Shown: one piece after another, positions 12,285 through 26,000 of the stretch
Layout: each line of letters opens with the position of its first letter
Numbering within the stretch: position 1 is the stretch's first letter
Assembly: GCA_964187785.1 (NCBI GenBank)
Contig: OZ076409.1
Span: forward strand, 29,514,001 to 29,574,000
From: Amphiscolops sp. MND2022
Lineage: Eukaryota
Direction: 5' to 3'
Length of the DNA: 60,000 nucleotides
Program-made: the position numbers and the translations under genes
The notes under the pieces: generated by a model
What the model saw: only the letters and a program-made list of their open reading frames with translations
Told to the model about the DNA's origin: nothing
Databases searched by the model: none

Positions 12285-13103
12285 TTTTAGTCGGCGCCTT
12301 TTCCTTTAAAAGGGAAAAAGCCCGACTATTACAGTGACTAGTTTTTTTTCGTCAGACAACAGAATATATGCGTAGTTTTTCTACAGAACTACTAAACTAC
12401 TGGACCGGCAAGAGGAAACGCAGTCAAAATGTCGACGGCACCAGTTAACTCTCATATCTTTTTGAGCATTCGTAAGAACGTCTTGTACAGCAACACGATT
12501 TCGAATGTCGCAATTTTTCAAAAAACGGTGTGCCGTGGTATTTGAGACAGTCGTCTGGATGTAAGCAGAAGGTCCGAAAGCCGGAGTTTTGAGTTGCGAT
12601 TACCGCGGCCCAGAAGCTGACGCTTGATTCTTCTTGTGAGTACAGATTTTCGACCCAATTTGACTTTTTTCTGCCCAATACGTCGCTTCAGGATGCCTCC
12701 AAGTGTTGACTCGGAAATCGAGAAAAACCATAATCCGGATTTGCATCTTTAAAGCTCTATATTGATTGCCTCGCATGGTTGCAGAAATTGATATGATAAC
12801 ATCGCTAATTAAAAGACTGGTACCTAGTCTCGCGAACTTTTTGAAACGATCTATAAGTTAGTGCAAAGGGCCCCCCTTTCGTGTACTCAATTTTTAACGT
12901 AAGACAAAACCGGACGGGACTATAGGGTCTCCTCTTTGAATTTTTTCGGCAATGTGCGACTTTTTTCATTTTTTTAAGTCTTCAAAGGGTTCCCCTTCAA
13001 TTTTGTTTTGCATTTTGCAGCAAACTGAAGTTTCAAAAAGCCCAAGTCTTACAATTTTGCGCTTTTTGAGCCTTAGATATAGCGCCGACTTTAGACGTTC
13101 CCG
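12285..13103 (+). mobile_element. Helentron-type non-autonomous element (HINE/DINE-1-like, AGTCGGCGC family)
   Basis: 5' TTTTAGTCGGCGC plus partial inverted repeat CCGACT; 3' GCGCCGACT subTIR plus truncated AGACGTTCCCG stem-loop; internal AAAGGGTCCCCC motifs. Confidence 0.65.
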
Positions 13104-13658
13104 AGTGGTAATTTTGCATTCGTATGCCGAGTTCATTGAGATGAAGCGAATGAGTGTTAATAATTCGTTTGCCGAGAGCTTAGCCTTCATTCGAATGCGA
13201 TGTAGTAGTTATACGCTTAGTAGTTATATTTTCCTATGTTCAAAAAATTAAAGGCGGTGTTAACTGGTACAGTGATTAATTGTTCGCTATAGAATGATTA
13301 ACCAGTAGCCTATAGTTATTCCAGATATGCTTCTATTATCGAGCATGAAAGCTTAGAGCAGAAACAATACTGTGCCCCGCAGGGGCCGATTTTTAGTCGG
13401 CTCTTTTATTAATAAAAGAGCTCGACTATTAGTGACTCGTTTTCTCAGACAGACTCGAAGCGACGAAATTTTCGTTCAGTTTCAACTAAATGAATACCTG
13501 GGAAACGCATCTAAGTTATTGCAAAGGTTCCCCCTTTCAATTTTTATGGCGCTGAGACTTTTTTGATTTTTTTGTCTTCAAAGGGTCCCCCTTCGTATTT
13601 ATCGAAGTCCCCCCTCGTAATATCCGGAGTTAAGCGCTATATCCGAACGTTTGACGTT

Positions 13659-14096
13659 TTTAGCACTAACGGTGCTACAGGTGAAGAGGCAACTCATTTT
13701 CACAAAGTTTCAGAGTGAAAAACAATCCTCATACGTCGAAGTGATCACGTTCATCCGAAAGCGGATCTTCTTTACCATCATTCGTACAGCGCTCATAGCT
13801 TTGACAGGCAAAAGGAAAAATATCATGAGGACCACACCAATCAATGAATGTGACATCAACATCATGGCCAGCACCCTCTAACATGAAATTTGAATCGATC
13901 GTCTTAACAGAAGAAATATCCTCTCTATTAAAAGAGAACCAAAGAGATCAGGAAGTGATTCTCAGTTTCAACATTCAACTTTTATTGCATCAAACCCAAG
14001 CCACGAGACCTGGAGACGTTCTCCAGCTTAAATCTATCCCGAACTCGATCCACATTTTCACCAGATGTGAATTTGTGTTTGATATTCGATACCGGA
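13659..14096 (+). pseudogene. 5'-truncated CRE-like (RLE-type) non-LTR retrotransposon 3' end plus 3' UTR
   Basis: Starts FSTNGATGEEATHFHK, then after a frameshift SEKQSSYVEVITFIRKRIFFTIIRTALIALTGKR...DINI*, matching from memory the CRE-clade C-terminal pattern FST.GG.G.EA..F.K...EK....Y..V...IR.R.SF...R.....LRG.R. Begins exactly after the 9-bp repeat. Confidence 0.6.
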
Positions 14097-17000
14097 TCTA
14101 GGTGCGGGGGGGAAACCCCAACAAATATATTGGAGGATTCGGGTAGGGTCCTGAATCCGAGTTCAGTGCTGCCAGCTTTCGTTAAGAAAATTTGGATAGG
14201 ATTCGGGATCTCGTGATCTAACCATAGGATTTTAAAGTTGGAGCGGCCCCCACCAGATTTTCCGAAAATTAGCGCCCCCCACCGGGTTCCATACCCCGGA
14301 AAATTTTTTTCTGGCCACACGGGCGACCGTTAGGGGGTCATTTTAGGGGTAAAATTCATATTGGGCCACATAACTTTTTTTCTGTTGATTTAAAACTTTG
14401 GGACCCTGCTAAAAGTTTCTTGACCGTGTTGCAGGGGCCCCGGAGGTCCAAACCAAATTTTTCTAGCTTGAAGCTATCTCCAAGTACCCCCCCGCCCAAA
14501 ACGTTATTTTTCCGGAAACGCAGGTTTTTGACCCGGAAGGAGTCGTCTGAGCGCGGGGTCGTTAGTTGATGTATTGGGGACGGCCTTGAGACGAAGTGGG
14601 GGACATGCAGTTTGCCAACCCCAGTTTACCCCCCGGACGGGAAATGACCGTTATATGAGCGGGAAAAATGCCCCCTCCACGTTTTACCGCTATTTCCGGT
14701 GTGAAGGAGTGGGAGTAGCGCGTCGGGTGCCATATATCAAAAGTAGGTTTAAACAAGGACCTATCGGAAACATGTGGTTTGGGACCCCCTGGACCAACCC
14801 GTTAGCGGGAAATGGGGCTTCCGCCTCCTTTTTTTACTGCTAAAACCGTAAAATGGGCATTGAGGGGTAAATATCTCGTGAACGCGTGGAGCTACGGTGT
14901 CCATCACTACTACAAGGTTTCATACCCATGATATGGTGCCTCCAGGGGGGCAAACAGATTTCCGCTATCTATCGCCGTTACCGACTTGCCCCCCCAGCCT
15001 AACCGCTATGTGACCGGAAATGTCACTTTTTGAGCCCAAAGGGTCGGTCCCAGCCGGGGAACGTTAGGTAACTTATTGTAGTGCTAATTGAGACGAGCTG
15101 GGGGATATAGTTTCAGTCAACCCCCGTTACCCCTTAGGACCGGAAATGACCGTTATGTGGGTAAATTGGCATTTTTTGTACTTTTTGAAGGGCATTTAGA
15201 TGCGGAAGGAGTGGTAATAGGTGCTTGGACACTATATGAAGGAAGGGAGGACGTGAGGCGAGCATTCGGAAGTAACCGTTATGTTGACCCTAAAGTCCCC
15301 CTGGTACCGGAAGTGACCCGTAATGGTCGAATTTTGTGTTTAAAGGGTACAAATGTTTGGTGTTTTATGGATAACAGTACCTATTAGGTGTTTCGACGGT
15401 CTGCAGTCGTGAACATAGTCATGAAACCTTGTGGGGGGTAACTGTATATAGCACCGAAAGTCCAAACCGTTGGAGACAGGATACGTTTTTTGGTTTTAAA
15501 ATGTCTTTCGGCCTACTTTTGTCGACTATTATGGACTATTTTTGAAAAATAAAGTTTTTCCATATAGTTTCAGAGACTCCGAAACCTCAACCAACATAAC
15601 CGTTACCTTATGATAGCCTTTCAAGTTGGCCTGGTGTCAACTTGGAAGGGCTATCCTTCAAAAGTCATTAATCAAGTTTGTTTTTGAGTATGTTTGTTTT
15701 ACTTTAGAATCAATTAGAGCTTCAAGAAAATATTGCCAACGATAAAAACTATGTCGTGATGATTCCGTTATTAGAATAATAGTTAAAAAATTTTGATAAA
15801 GTTGATTTTTTACATTTCAAATCTGTCCTAAATGCCAGAAAACCTCTTTACCAAACAAATGGTATTGATTGAATTGTATAAAACAGCTAATAAAACTTCA
15901 AATTGAATATTACGTTTCATTATGGAAGCTGAAGCGTCATATTATAGATTCATTACTGTCAACGCCACATACTTTACATCAACGCCCACCGTCCGTAGGC
16001 ATGCCGAGGCATGCCTTTCGACGACGTATACCAAATTCCACCCACACAACACCCTCGAGCGCGGTAGCAGCTAGGTGGGCGGGGAAATTTCACCCCGTTT
16101 GTATTCGGCCGACGGGTAGGGTCCTGGCGGCCGACGATCCGCCTTAAGCTAGCGGTATGTAGCAGAAATTGCAAAAAAAAGACCTAAAATTTAATCTAAC
16201 CATTAGAATTTGCTCAAAATTTGCATGCGGCCCTCAAATCCTATTGCAAGACGAAGTTCCTGCTGACGCTAAGCGTTCTATAAATTTTATAAAAAGTTAT
16301 GGCCAATTTTTTGTTCAAAATTTCAATAATTTTGGGAAATTTCTAATTTTTCACCTAATATCTCGAAATGTGTTAATTTTTGGACTTTGACTGTGAAACA
16401 AGCTTGGAACCTTCATTTCGTGGCTGTGGCATTGCATTGAACACAAAAGATGTAAAGTTTTTACATTTTTCGAAAATTCGAGATTTTTGAATTTTTTTTC
16501 ACTACTATCAGTACCCCATATGTCAAAAACACATCAGAAAAAAATTTTTATTTGCTTTAAATTGGAAACCTTGGTATCCATGGTTTCTGTCGGAACCTAC
16601 TCGCTGCCAAACACCCAACAGTTTGCATCCAGTGTGAATTTAAAATTTTTTTCGAGGTCTTAGGTGTTTCACAAGGATTTCTCAACATGATTTTAATTTA
16701 CAAATTGGTCATTTTGAACACAATATTTTCATCGAGGCTTGTCGGCTATAGTCTTAATGTTATAGAACGGTCCCACTGGCAACGTAGGAACCATTTATAG
16801 TAATAGAAAATTTTAAAAAAATTTTTTCACCCGGTCTTCAGTCATTTTTCAGTCATTCGGAACTTAACTTAGAAAATTTTCGTCTCGAATACCCATTTTT
16901 GGTGAAGTCGAAATTTGAATTTCAGCACTTGAAGCAAAATTTTTTACTCTGACGTAACCAGTGGGGCTAATGATACTCAACAACACCGTTGGGACTGATA

Positions 17001-20000
17001 CCAGTGGCTCCAATAACATATGAGTCGGGATAAGACGTTATTCAGAGCAAAACCTCTAAATCGGAGTAAACATCTCGGAAGCCTGGGATCACAGTGAAAT
17101 GTGGGATCAACAAAAGTTTACATATTTTTGTCAATTACTATGTACACAGAGTGCATAGGATGAGTTTCAGCACTATAATGAGGTTTTTGAAGTAATCGGC
17201 CTGCTCAAAGGGGTGTATGAGACATTTTTTTCCCATATAGTACTGTATTTTCCAAAATTTTTAGCCCATTATCTCAAAAACCTAACTTCGCAAAATGCTT
17301 TCAATTACTTTATTCTAAGGTTAGAATATGAATGAACACTGTGGTTGATCAGAACCTCTCATTTTTTGTTTTCCGAAATAATACCTTCGCATGGGTTACA
17401 TTTATGGCAGAAAAGAAAGCAGAAGATAAAAAAAATACGCAATTTTGCTAAGATAGAAACGCAATGATTGTGCCTAAATACCCTTTAAAAACTTCTAACG
17501 CAACCTTATGGATCCAATATGATTGGAAATACCGTTCACAGTCCTCACATGTACTCTTTCTACAATCCAGACTGCACTTTTTGTGAAAATTTTACATGTA
17601 GCTTTAAACTGAATCTTGTGATAGCCTTTTAAGTTGGCCTTGTGTCAACTTGGGAAGGCTATCACCACAAAAAACTAAAAACAAAATTACCATTTGTTAA
17701 TTTGATTTTGCTGTCGATGCCTATTTTCGTAATTCGATCCTATCGTTAGATCCTTCCATCAGGTCAGCTAACGATTGCTTTCAGTGTTTGATAAGAATGT
17801 ATGAACATGAAGAAAATTCTCTTTTTTTTGTTTACAAAAAATGAAAACAAATAATTAAAAAAACCTAATTGGAATAATTGAAACCACTAGGAAGTATAAC
17901 GTCTATCTTTTTGACCGTTATCATCCCCAGCCATCCCCAACGCCCTCGCAATGTATGTCCATATTACAACGCCGCGTCACATAACGTTCCGACGCCCATA
18001 GTCTGTGGGCATGCCGAGGCATGCCCTTCGACGACGTATGCCAAATGAGCCTTTCCCGCACTCTGGAGTGCGGTAGCGGCTAGGTGGGCGGGGATTTCAC
18101 CCCAAAAAAAACTAGAGCGGCGGGTAGGGTCCTGCCGCGAACTCCCAAAACAGCTAACGCTTATAAGAAAAAGCACACCCTCAACAGCCGATTTTAAAAT
18201 CTAACCGTACGATTCTTCTCATTTTTTGCATGCGGCCCTAATTTGCCCATACGAGACGAAGTTCCTGCTGACGTTAAGCCCTAAAAACATTATTAAAAAA
18301 GTTATGGCCAATTTTTGGTCCCCATTAGATGTAAAAATGATGAAATTTTTCATAAAAGGGCAAATATCTCAAAATGCAATAATTTTTGGAAATTGACTGT
18401 GAAACAAGCTTGGAACCTTAATTTCGTGGCTGTGGCATTGCACTGAACACAAAAGATGTAAAGTTTTTACATTTTTTGAAAATTTGAGATTTTTGAAATT
18501 TTTTTCACTACTATCAGTACCATATATGTCAAAAACACCTCAGAAAATAATTTTTATTTGCTTTAACTTGGAAACCTTGGTATCCATGGTTTCTGTCGGA
18601 ACCTACTCGCAGCCAAACACCCAACAGTTTGCATCCATTGTTAAAATAAAAATTTTTTCTGGGTCATAAGCGTTTCACAAGGATTTCTCAACTTAGTATT
18701 AATTTACAAAATGGTCATTTTGAACACAAGATTTTCATCGAGGCTTGTCGGCTATAGCCTTAATGTTCTAGAACGGTCCCACTGGCAACGTAGGAACCAT
18801 TTATAGTAATAGAAAGTTTTAAAAAAATATTTTCACCCGGTCTTCAGTCATTTTTCAGTCATTCGGAACTTAACTTAGAAAAATTTCGTCTCAAAAACCC
18901 ATTTTTCGTCAGGTCGAAATTTGAAATTCAGCTTTTGAAGCACAAATATGCACTCTGACGTAACCAGTGGGGCCAATGATACTCAACAACACCATTGAGA
19001 CTGGTATCAGTGGCTCCAATAACATATGAGCCGCGATAAGACGTTATTTTTAACAAAACTGTTCAAATGAAGTAAACATCTCGGAACCCTTGGATCACAG
19101 TGAATGTTGATTTGAACAAAAATTTACTCTTTTTTGTCAATCACTATGTACACAGAATGCTTAGGGTGAGTTTCAGCACTACTATGAGGATTTTGAAGGA
19201 ATCGGGTTGCTCAAGGCGTGGTATGAGACACTTTTGTCTCATATACTACTGCTTTTTTGAATAACTTTTCGCCCAATATCTCACAAAGCAAACCTAAAAA
19301 ATACTTTCCGATACTTAATTCACTTCTTAGAATATAATTGAACATTGTGGTTGATCAGAAACTCTCAACTCTTATGTTTTTCAATAAATATCCCTTCGCA
19401 TGTGTCCCATTTGTATCATTAAAAAAACCTGAAGCTAAAAAATACGCTATTTTGCTAAGATAGAATTACAAGTATTGTAACCAATATATCTTTAATTACT
19501 TCTAACGCCACCTTACGGACCCAAGATGATTGAAAATACTGTTCACAAGGATCACATGTGCTCTTTCTGCGATCTAGGCTGCTCATTTTTTGCTTAGTTC
19601 ACATGTAGCTGTTAACTGTATCTTGTGATAGCCTTTTAAGTTGGCCTTGTGTCAACTTGGCAAGGCTATCACCACAAAAAACTATGAACAAAATTACTTC
19701 TCGTTTATAAGACAATGCTGTTGATGATTAACTTCGTGATTATATCCCACCGTTAGTACCATCCAGCAGGTCAGATAACAATTGCATTCAGTCTTCGATA
19801 AAAACCTATGAAATCAAAAACATTTTTTATCGTTTTTTTTTCTAAAAGTAGAATTTTATTTTATTACCAACTTAAAAAACTCTAACTTTCACATTCGTTA
19901 CCGTTATCAGCCACACCAATCGCGTGCGGCCTCGCAGTGTTAGTAGTACAACGCCACATAGCGTTCCGACGCCCACCGTCTGTGGGCATGCCGAGGCATG

Positions 20001-23000
20001 CCCTTCGACGACGTATGGCAAATTCGCCCCTGCGAGGTCACTACCGCGGTAGCAGCTAGGTGGGCGGTAGGTTTCCCGTAGTCAAAAAAAAAATTGCAGG
20101 CCGGGGTAGGGGCCCTGGCCGAGGCAAAATACCATAGAAAAGGTACCAAATTATGTGAGTTTAGAAAATTGAGCCATACAAATTCTCTGAAAATTGCTGT
20201 GTGTACCCTATCGCCCAATCTAAGAACTTTTTCCTGCTGACGTTTTGCCCTCCAAATGTTACTAATATGACTTTTTGAAAAATTTATCTCTGGTTTTTCA
20301 TCAAAAATAGTGATTTTGGCAATTTTTGTGAAATATCTCTGATTGCATTAATTTTTGGACGTTGACTGTGAAACAAGCTCGGAACCATCATTTCGTGACC
20401 ATGGCAATGCACTAAACACAAAAGATGTAGAGTTTTTAAATTTTTTGAAAATTTGACATTTTAAAATTTTTTTCACTACTATCAGTACCATATATGTCAA
20501 AATAACCTCAGAAAAATTTTTTTATTTTATTTAATTTAGAATCCTTGCTATCCATGGTTTCTGTTAGTATCTACTCGCTGCCAGAGACTCAACAGTTAGC
20601 ATCGAATCTGAAATTAAAAATTTTTTCGAGGTCATAGGTGTTTCACAAGGATTTCACAACATAGTCTTGTTTTACAAATAGGTCATTTACAACATCATAT
20701 TTTCATCGAGGCATGTCGGATATAGTCTTATTGCTCACGAACGGTCCTACTGGCAACGTAATAACCATTTATAGAAATATAAAGTTTTTAAAAAATCTTT
20801 TCACCCGTTCTTCAGACATTTTTCAGACATTCGGAACTTAACTTAGAAAATTTCGTCTCAAAAACCCATTTTTCGTCAGGTCGAAATTTGAAATTCAGCT
20901 TTTGAAGCACAAATATGCACTCTGACGTAACCAGTAGGGCCAATGATACTCAACAACACCATTGAAACTGGTATCAGTCGCTCCAAAAACATATGAGCCG
21001 TGATAAGACGTTTTTTTCAACAATACTGTTCAATTGATGTAAACATCGCGGAAGCCTTGGATTACAGTGAAAGTTGATTTGAACAAAAATTTACTCTTTT
21101 TTGTCAATCACTATGTAGACAGAATGCGTAGGGTAAGTTTCAGCACTAATATGAAGATTTTGAAGGAATCGGGTTGCTCAAGGCGTGGTATGAGACACTT
21201 TTTTCTCATATACTAGTGTTTTTCAAAACCTTTTCGTTAAATATCTCGAAAAGCAAACATTAAAAAATACTTTCTGATATCTAATTTAATTCCTAGAATA
21301 TAAATGAATCATGTGGTTGATCAGAAACTCTCTACTTTAATGTTTCCAGAAAAAAATCCCTTCCCATGTTTTATATCTGTAGCAGTAAAAAAAGTAGACG
21401 CTAAAAAATACGCTATTTTGCTAAGATTGAATTGCAATTGTTTAGCTTTAAAACTCTTTTAATACTTCTAACGCCACCTTAAGGACTCAAGATGATTGAA
21501 AATGTCAATCACAATGCTGACATGTAGTCTTTCTACGATCCTGGCTGGACAGATTTTGATTATTTTTCAAGTACCTGTTAACTGAATCTCGTGATAGCCT
21601 TCTAAGTTGACCTTCTGCGTCAACTTGAGAAGGCTATCACTAAAATAAACTAAATTCCGATTTGTTTGTTTGTTCCTAACGTCTTTTGGTACGATCGTCT
21701 TACGGTTAGTTGGTTAAACCAGGTCGCTTATACTTCCACAATTTTCGACCACCGTCCGTGTATTCGGTTCACACGACTTTACATTTTCAGTCGTTTGTTT
21801 TCGATAACTATCACAATGTACTGCCATTAGCGCAAAATTCATACTAGTACTTGGTTGGTTGAAATACTTAAACAACTGTTTCCATAGTTATTCGCGGTGA
21901 TGGTACAATCCGCGCGCCTACATACCTACGGCGTCTTGTCACTACAACGCCACATAGGGAAACAACGCCCATAGTCCGTAGGCATGCCGAGGCATGCCTT
22001 TCGACGACGCGCGCCAAATCTATGCGCGCCCGCACTTGTGCGGTAGCTGCTAGGTGGGCGGGGAAATTTCACCCCGTTTGTATTCGGCCGACGGGTAGGG
22101 TCCTGGCGGCCGACGATCCGCCTTAAGCTAGCGGTATGTAGCAGAAATTGCAAAAAAAAGACCTAAAATTTAATCTAACCATTAGAATTTGCTCAAAATT
22201 TGCATGCGGCCCTCAAATCCTATTGCAAGACGAAGTTCCTGCTGACGCTAAGCGTTCTATAAACTTTATAAAAAGTTATGGCCAATTTTTTGTTCTAAAT
22301 TTCAACATTTTTGGGAAATTTCTAATTTTTCACTTAATATCTCAAAATGTGTTAATTTTTGGACTTTGACTGTGAAACAAGCTTGGAACCTTCATTTCGT
22401 GGCTGTGGCATTGCACTGAACACAAAAGATGTAAAGTTTTTACATTTTTCGAAAATTCGAGATTTTTGAATTTTTTTTCACTACTATCAGTACCCCATAT
22501 GTCAAAAACACATCAGAAAAAAATTTTTATTTGCTTTATATTGGAAACCTTGGTATCCATGGTTACTGTCGGAACCTATTCGCAGCCAAACACCCAACAG
22601 TTTGCATCCAATGTGAAAATAAAAATTTTTTTTGGGTCATAAGCGTTTCACATGGATTTTACAACTTAGTTTTAATTTACAAGTTGGTCATTTTGAACAC
22701 AATATTTTCATCGAGGCTTGTCGGCTATAGCCTTAATGTTCTAGAACGGTCATACTGGCAACGTAGGAACCATTTATAGCAATAGAAAGTTTTAAAAAAA
22801 TATTTTCACCTGGTCTTCAGTCATTTTTCAGTCATTCGGAACTTAACTTAGAAAAATTTCGACCAAAATACCCATTTTTTGTCAGGTCGAAAAATGAAAT
22901 TAAGATTTTTAAGCAAAATTATTAACTCTGACGTAACCCATGGGGCCTATGATACTCAAAACAACGATTGACACTGGTATCAATGGCTCCCATAACATAT

Positions 23001-26000
23001 GAGTCGCGATAAGACGTTATTTTGAGCAATACGTCTCAATTGAGGTAAAGATCTCGCAAGCCAGCGATCACTGTGAAATGTGATTTCATCAAAAATTTAC
23101 TCGTTTTTGTCAATCACTATGTGCACAGAGTGCGTAGGATGAGTTTCAGCACTATAATGAGGTTTTTCATGTAATCGGCCTGCTCAAGGGTGTGTATGAG
23201 ACATTTTTTTCCCATATAGTACTATATTTTCCAAAATTTTTAGCCCATTATCTCAAAAACCTAACTTCGCAAAATGCTTTCAACTACTTTATTCTAAGGT
23301 TAGAATATGAATGAACACTGTGGTTGATCAGACTCTCTCAATTTTTTTTGTTTTCCGAAAAAATACCTTCGCATGGGTTACATTTATGGCAGAAGAGAAA
23401 GCAGAAGATAAAAAATACGCTATTTTGCTAAGATAGAAACGCGATGATTGTGCCTAAATACCCTTTAAATACTTCTAACGCAACCTTATGGACCCAATAT
23501 GATTGGAAATACCGTTCACAGTCCTCACATGTATTCTTTCTACAATCCAGACTGCACATTTTTTGAAAATTTTACATGTAGCTTTAAACTGAATCTTGTG
23601 ATAGCCTTTTAAGTTGACCTTGTGTCAACTTGGGAAGGCTATCACCACCAAAAACTATAAACAAAACTACCATTTGTTAATCGGATTTTGCTGTCGATGC
23701 CTATTTTCGTGATTGTATACTACCGTTAGTATCTTCCATCATGTCACCTGACGATAGCATGCAGAGTTTGAAAAAATACCTATGAACTCGAAGACATTTT
23801 TGTTTATTATTAGGTAAATAATTTTATTTCTAAATAATAAATAACAACTTCTAACCTTTGAAAACTATCACATTTGTTTTCTCTTCCGTTATCAGTCTTC
23901 CGTCACCCATGATCTGAGCCTATGTCATGACCCTGTGATTTGTATAACAACGCCACATACCAACATCAACGCCCACCGTCTGTGGGCATGCCGAGGCATG
24001 CCCTTCGACGACGTATGCCAAATGAGCCTTACCCGCACTCTGGAGTGCGGTAGCAGCTAGGTGGGCGGTAGGTTTCCCGTAGTCAAAAAAAAATTGCAGG
24101 CCGGGGTAGGGGCCCTGGCCGAGGCAAAATACCATAGAAAAGGTACCAAATTATGTGAGTTTAGAAAATTGAGCCATACAAATTCTCTGAAAATTGCTGT
24201 GTGTACCCTATCGCCCAATCTAAGAACTTTTTCCTGCTGACGTTTTGCTCTCCAAATGTTACTAATATGACTTTTTGAAATTTTTATCTCTGTTTTTTCA
24301 TCAAAAATAGTGATTTAAGCAAATTTTGTGAAATATCTCTGATTGCATTAATTTTTGGGCGTTGACTGTGAAACAAGCTCGGAACCTTCATTTCGTGGCT
24401 GTGGCAATGCACTGAACACAAAAGATGTAAGGTATTTAATTTTTTTGAAAATTCGACATTTTTGAAATTTTACTCACTACTATCAGTCAAAATATGTCAA
24501 AAACACCTCAGAAAAAAACTTTTATTTGCTTTAAAAAAGAAACCTTGCTGTCCATGGTTTCTGTCGGAACCTACTCGCTGCCAAACGCTCAACAGTTTGC
24601 ATCAAAAGTGAAATGAAAAATTTTTTCGAGGTCATTGATGTATCACAAGGATTTCACAACTTAGTTTCAATTTACAAATTGGTCATTTTGAACACAATAT
24701 TTTTATCGAGGCTTGTCAGCTATAGCCATAATGCTCAAGAACGGTCCTACTGGCAACGTAAGAACCATTTATTGTAATAGAAAATTTTAAAAAAATATTT
24801 TCACCCGGTCTACAGTCATTTTTCACACATTCGGAACTTAACTTAGAAAATTTTTGTCTCAAATACCCATTTTTGGTTAGGTCGAAAATTCAACTTCAGT
24901 TTTTGAAGCAAAATAAATCACTCTGACGCAACCAGTGGCACACATGATACTCGAAAACACGAATGTGACTGGTACCAATGGCACCAATATCATATGAGCA
25001 GCGATAAGACGTTGTTTTTAGCAATGCTTCTCAATTGAAGTAAACATCTCGGAAGAATGGTATCAGAGAGAAAAGTGATTTCATCAAAAATTTACTCATT
25101 TTTGTCAATCACTATGTGCACAGGATGCGTAGGGTGAGTTTCAGCACTGATATGAGCTTTTTAAAGAAATCGGACTGCTCAAGGTGTGGTATGAGACAAT
25201 TTTTTCCCATATACTACTGTATTTCCCAAAACGTTTAGCCCATTATCTCGAAAACCTAGCTTGGCAAAATACTTTCTGTTACTTTATTCAAAGATTTAAA
25301 AATATATAAACACTCTGGTTATTCAGAATCCCTCAACTGTTATGTTTTTCAAAAAACATTCCCTCCGCATGTGTTACATTTGTAGCATGAAAAAAAGCAA
25401 AATCCTAAAAATACATATTTTTACAAGATAGATTCGCAATGATTGTACCTAAAAATTTAATAAACACTTCTGAGGCCACGTTAAGTACTCAAATTGATTG
25501 AATAAACTATTCAAAATGCTGACATGTGCTCTTTCTACGATCCAGGCTGAACCATTTTTGCACATTTTACATTTGGCTGTTAACTGAATCTTGTGATAGC
25601 CTTTCAAGTTGGCCTTGTGTCAACTTAGAAAGGCTATCACCACAAAAAAATATAAACAAAGGTACTTTTCCATTTTAGGGATATTGCGATCGATAAATAT
25701 TTTCGTGAATCTATACTACCATTAGTACCTTCCATAAGGTCATCTGACCATTGCATGCAACATTTGAAAAAAAAACATATGAACTCGAAGACATTCTCCT
25801 GTATTTTTTGTTGGAAAAAGTACAAATAAATAACAAATTTTACAATTCTAACCTTTTAAAACTACAGTTTTTACTTTCTTTACCGTTATCAGTGGCATCC
25901 ATCACCCTATGTCATGGCCCCGTTATTAGTACAACGCCACATAGCGTTACGACGCCCACCGTCTGTGGGCATGCCGAGGCATGCCCTTCGACGACGTATG

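Noticed and set aside
16250..16275. Hammerhead ribozyme core in array units (GACGAAGTTCCTGCTGACG)
   Set aside because: CTGACGC/CTGACGT does not match CUGANGA, and no stem-flanked GAAA follows.
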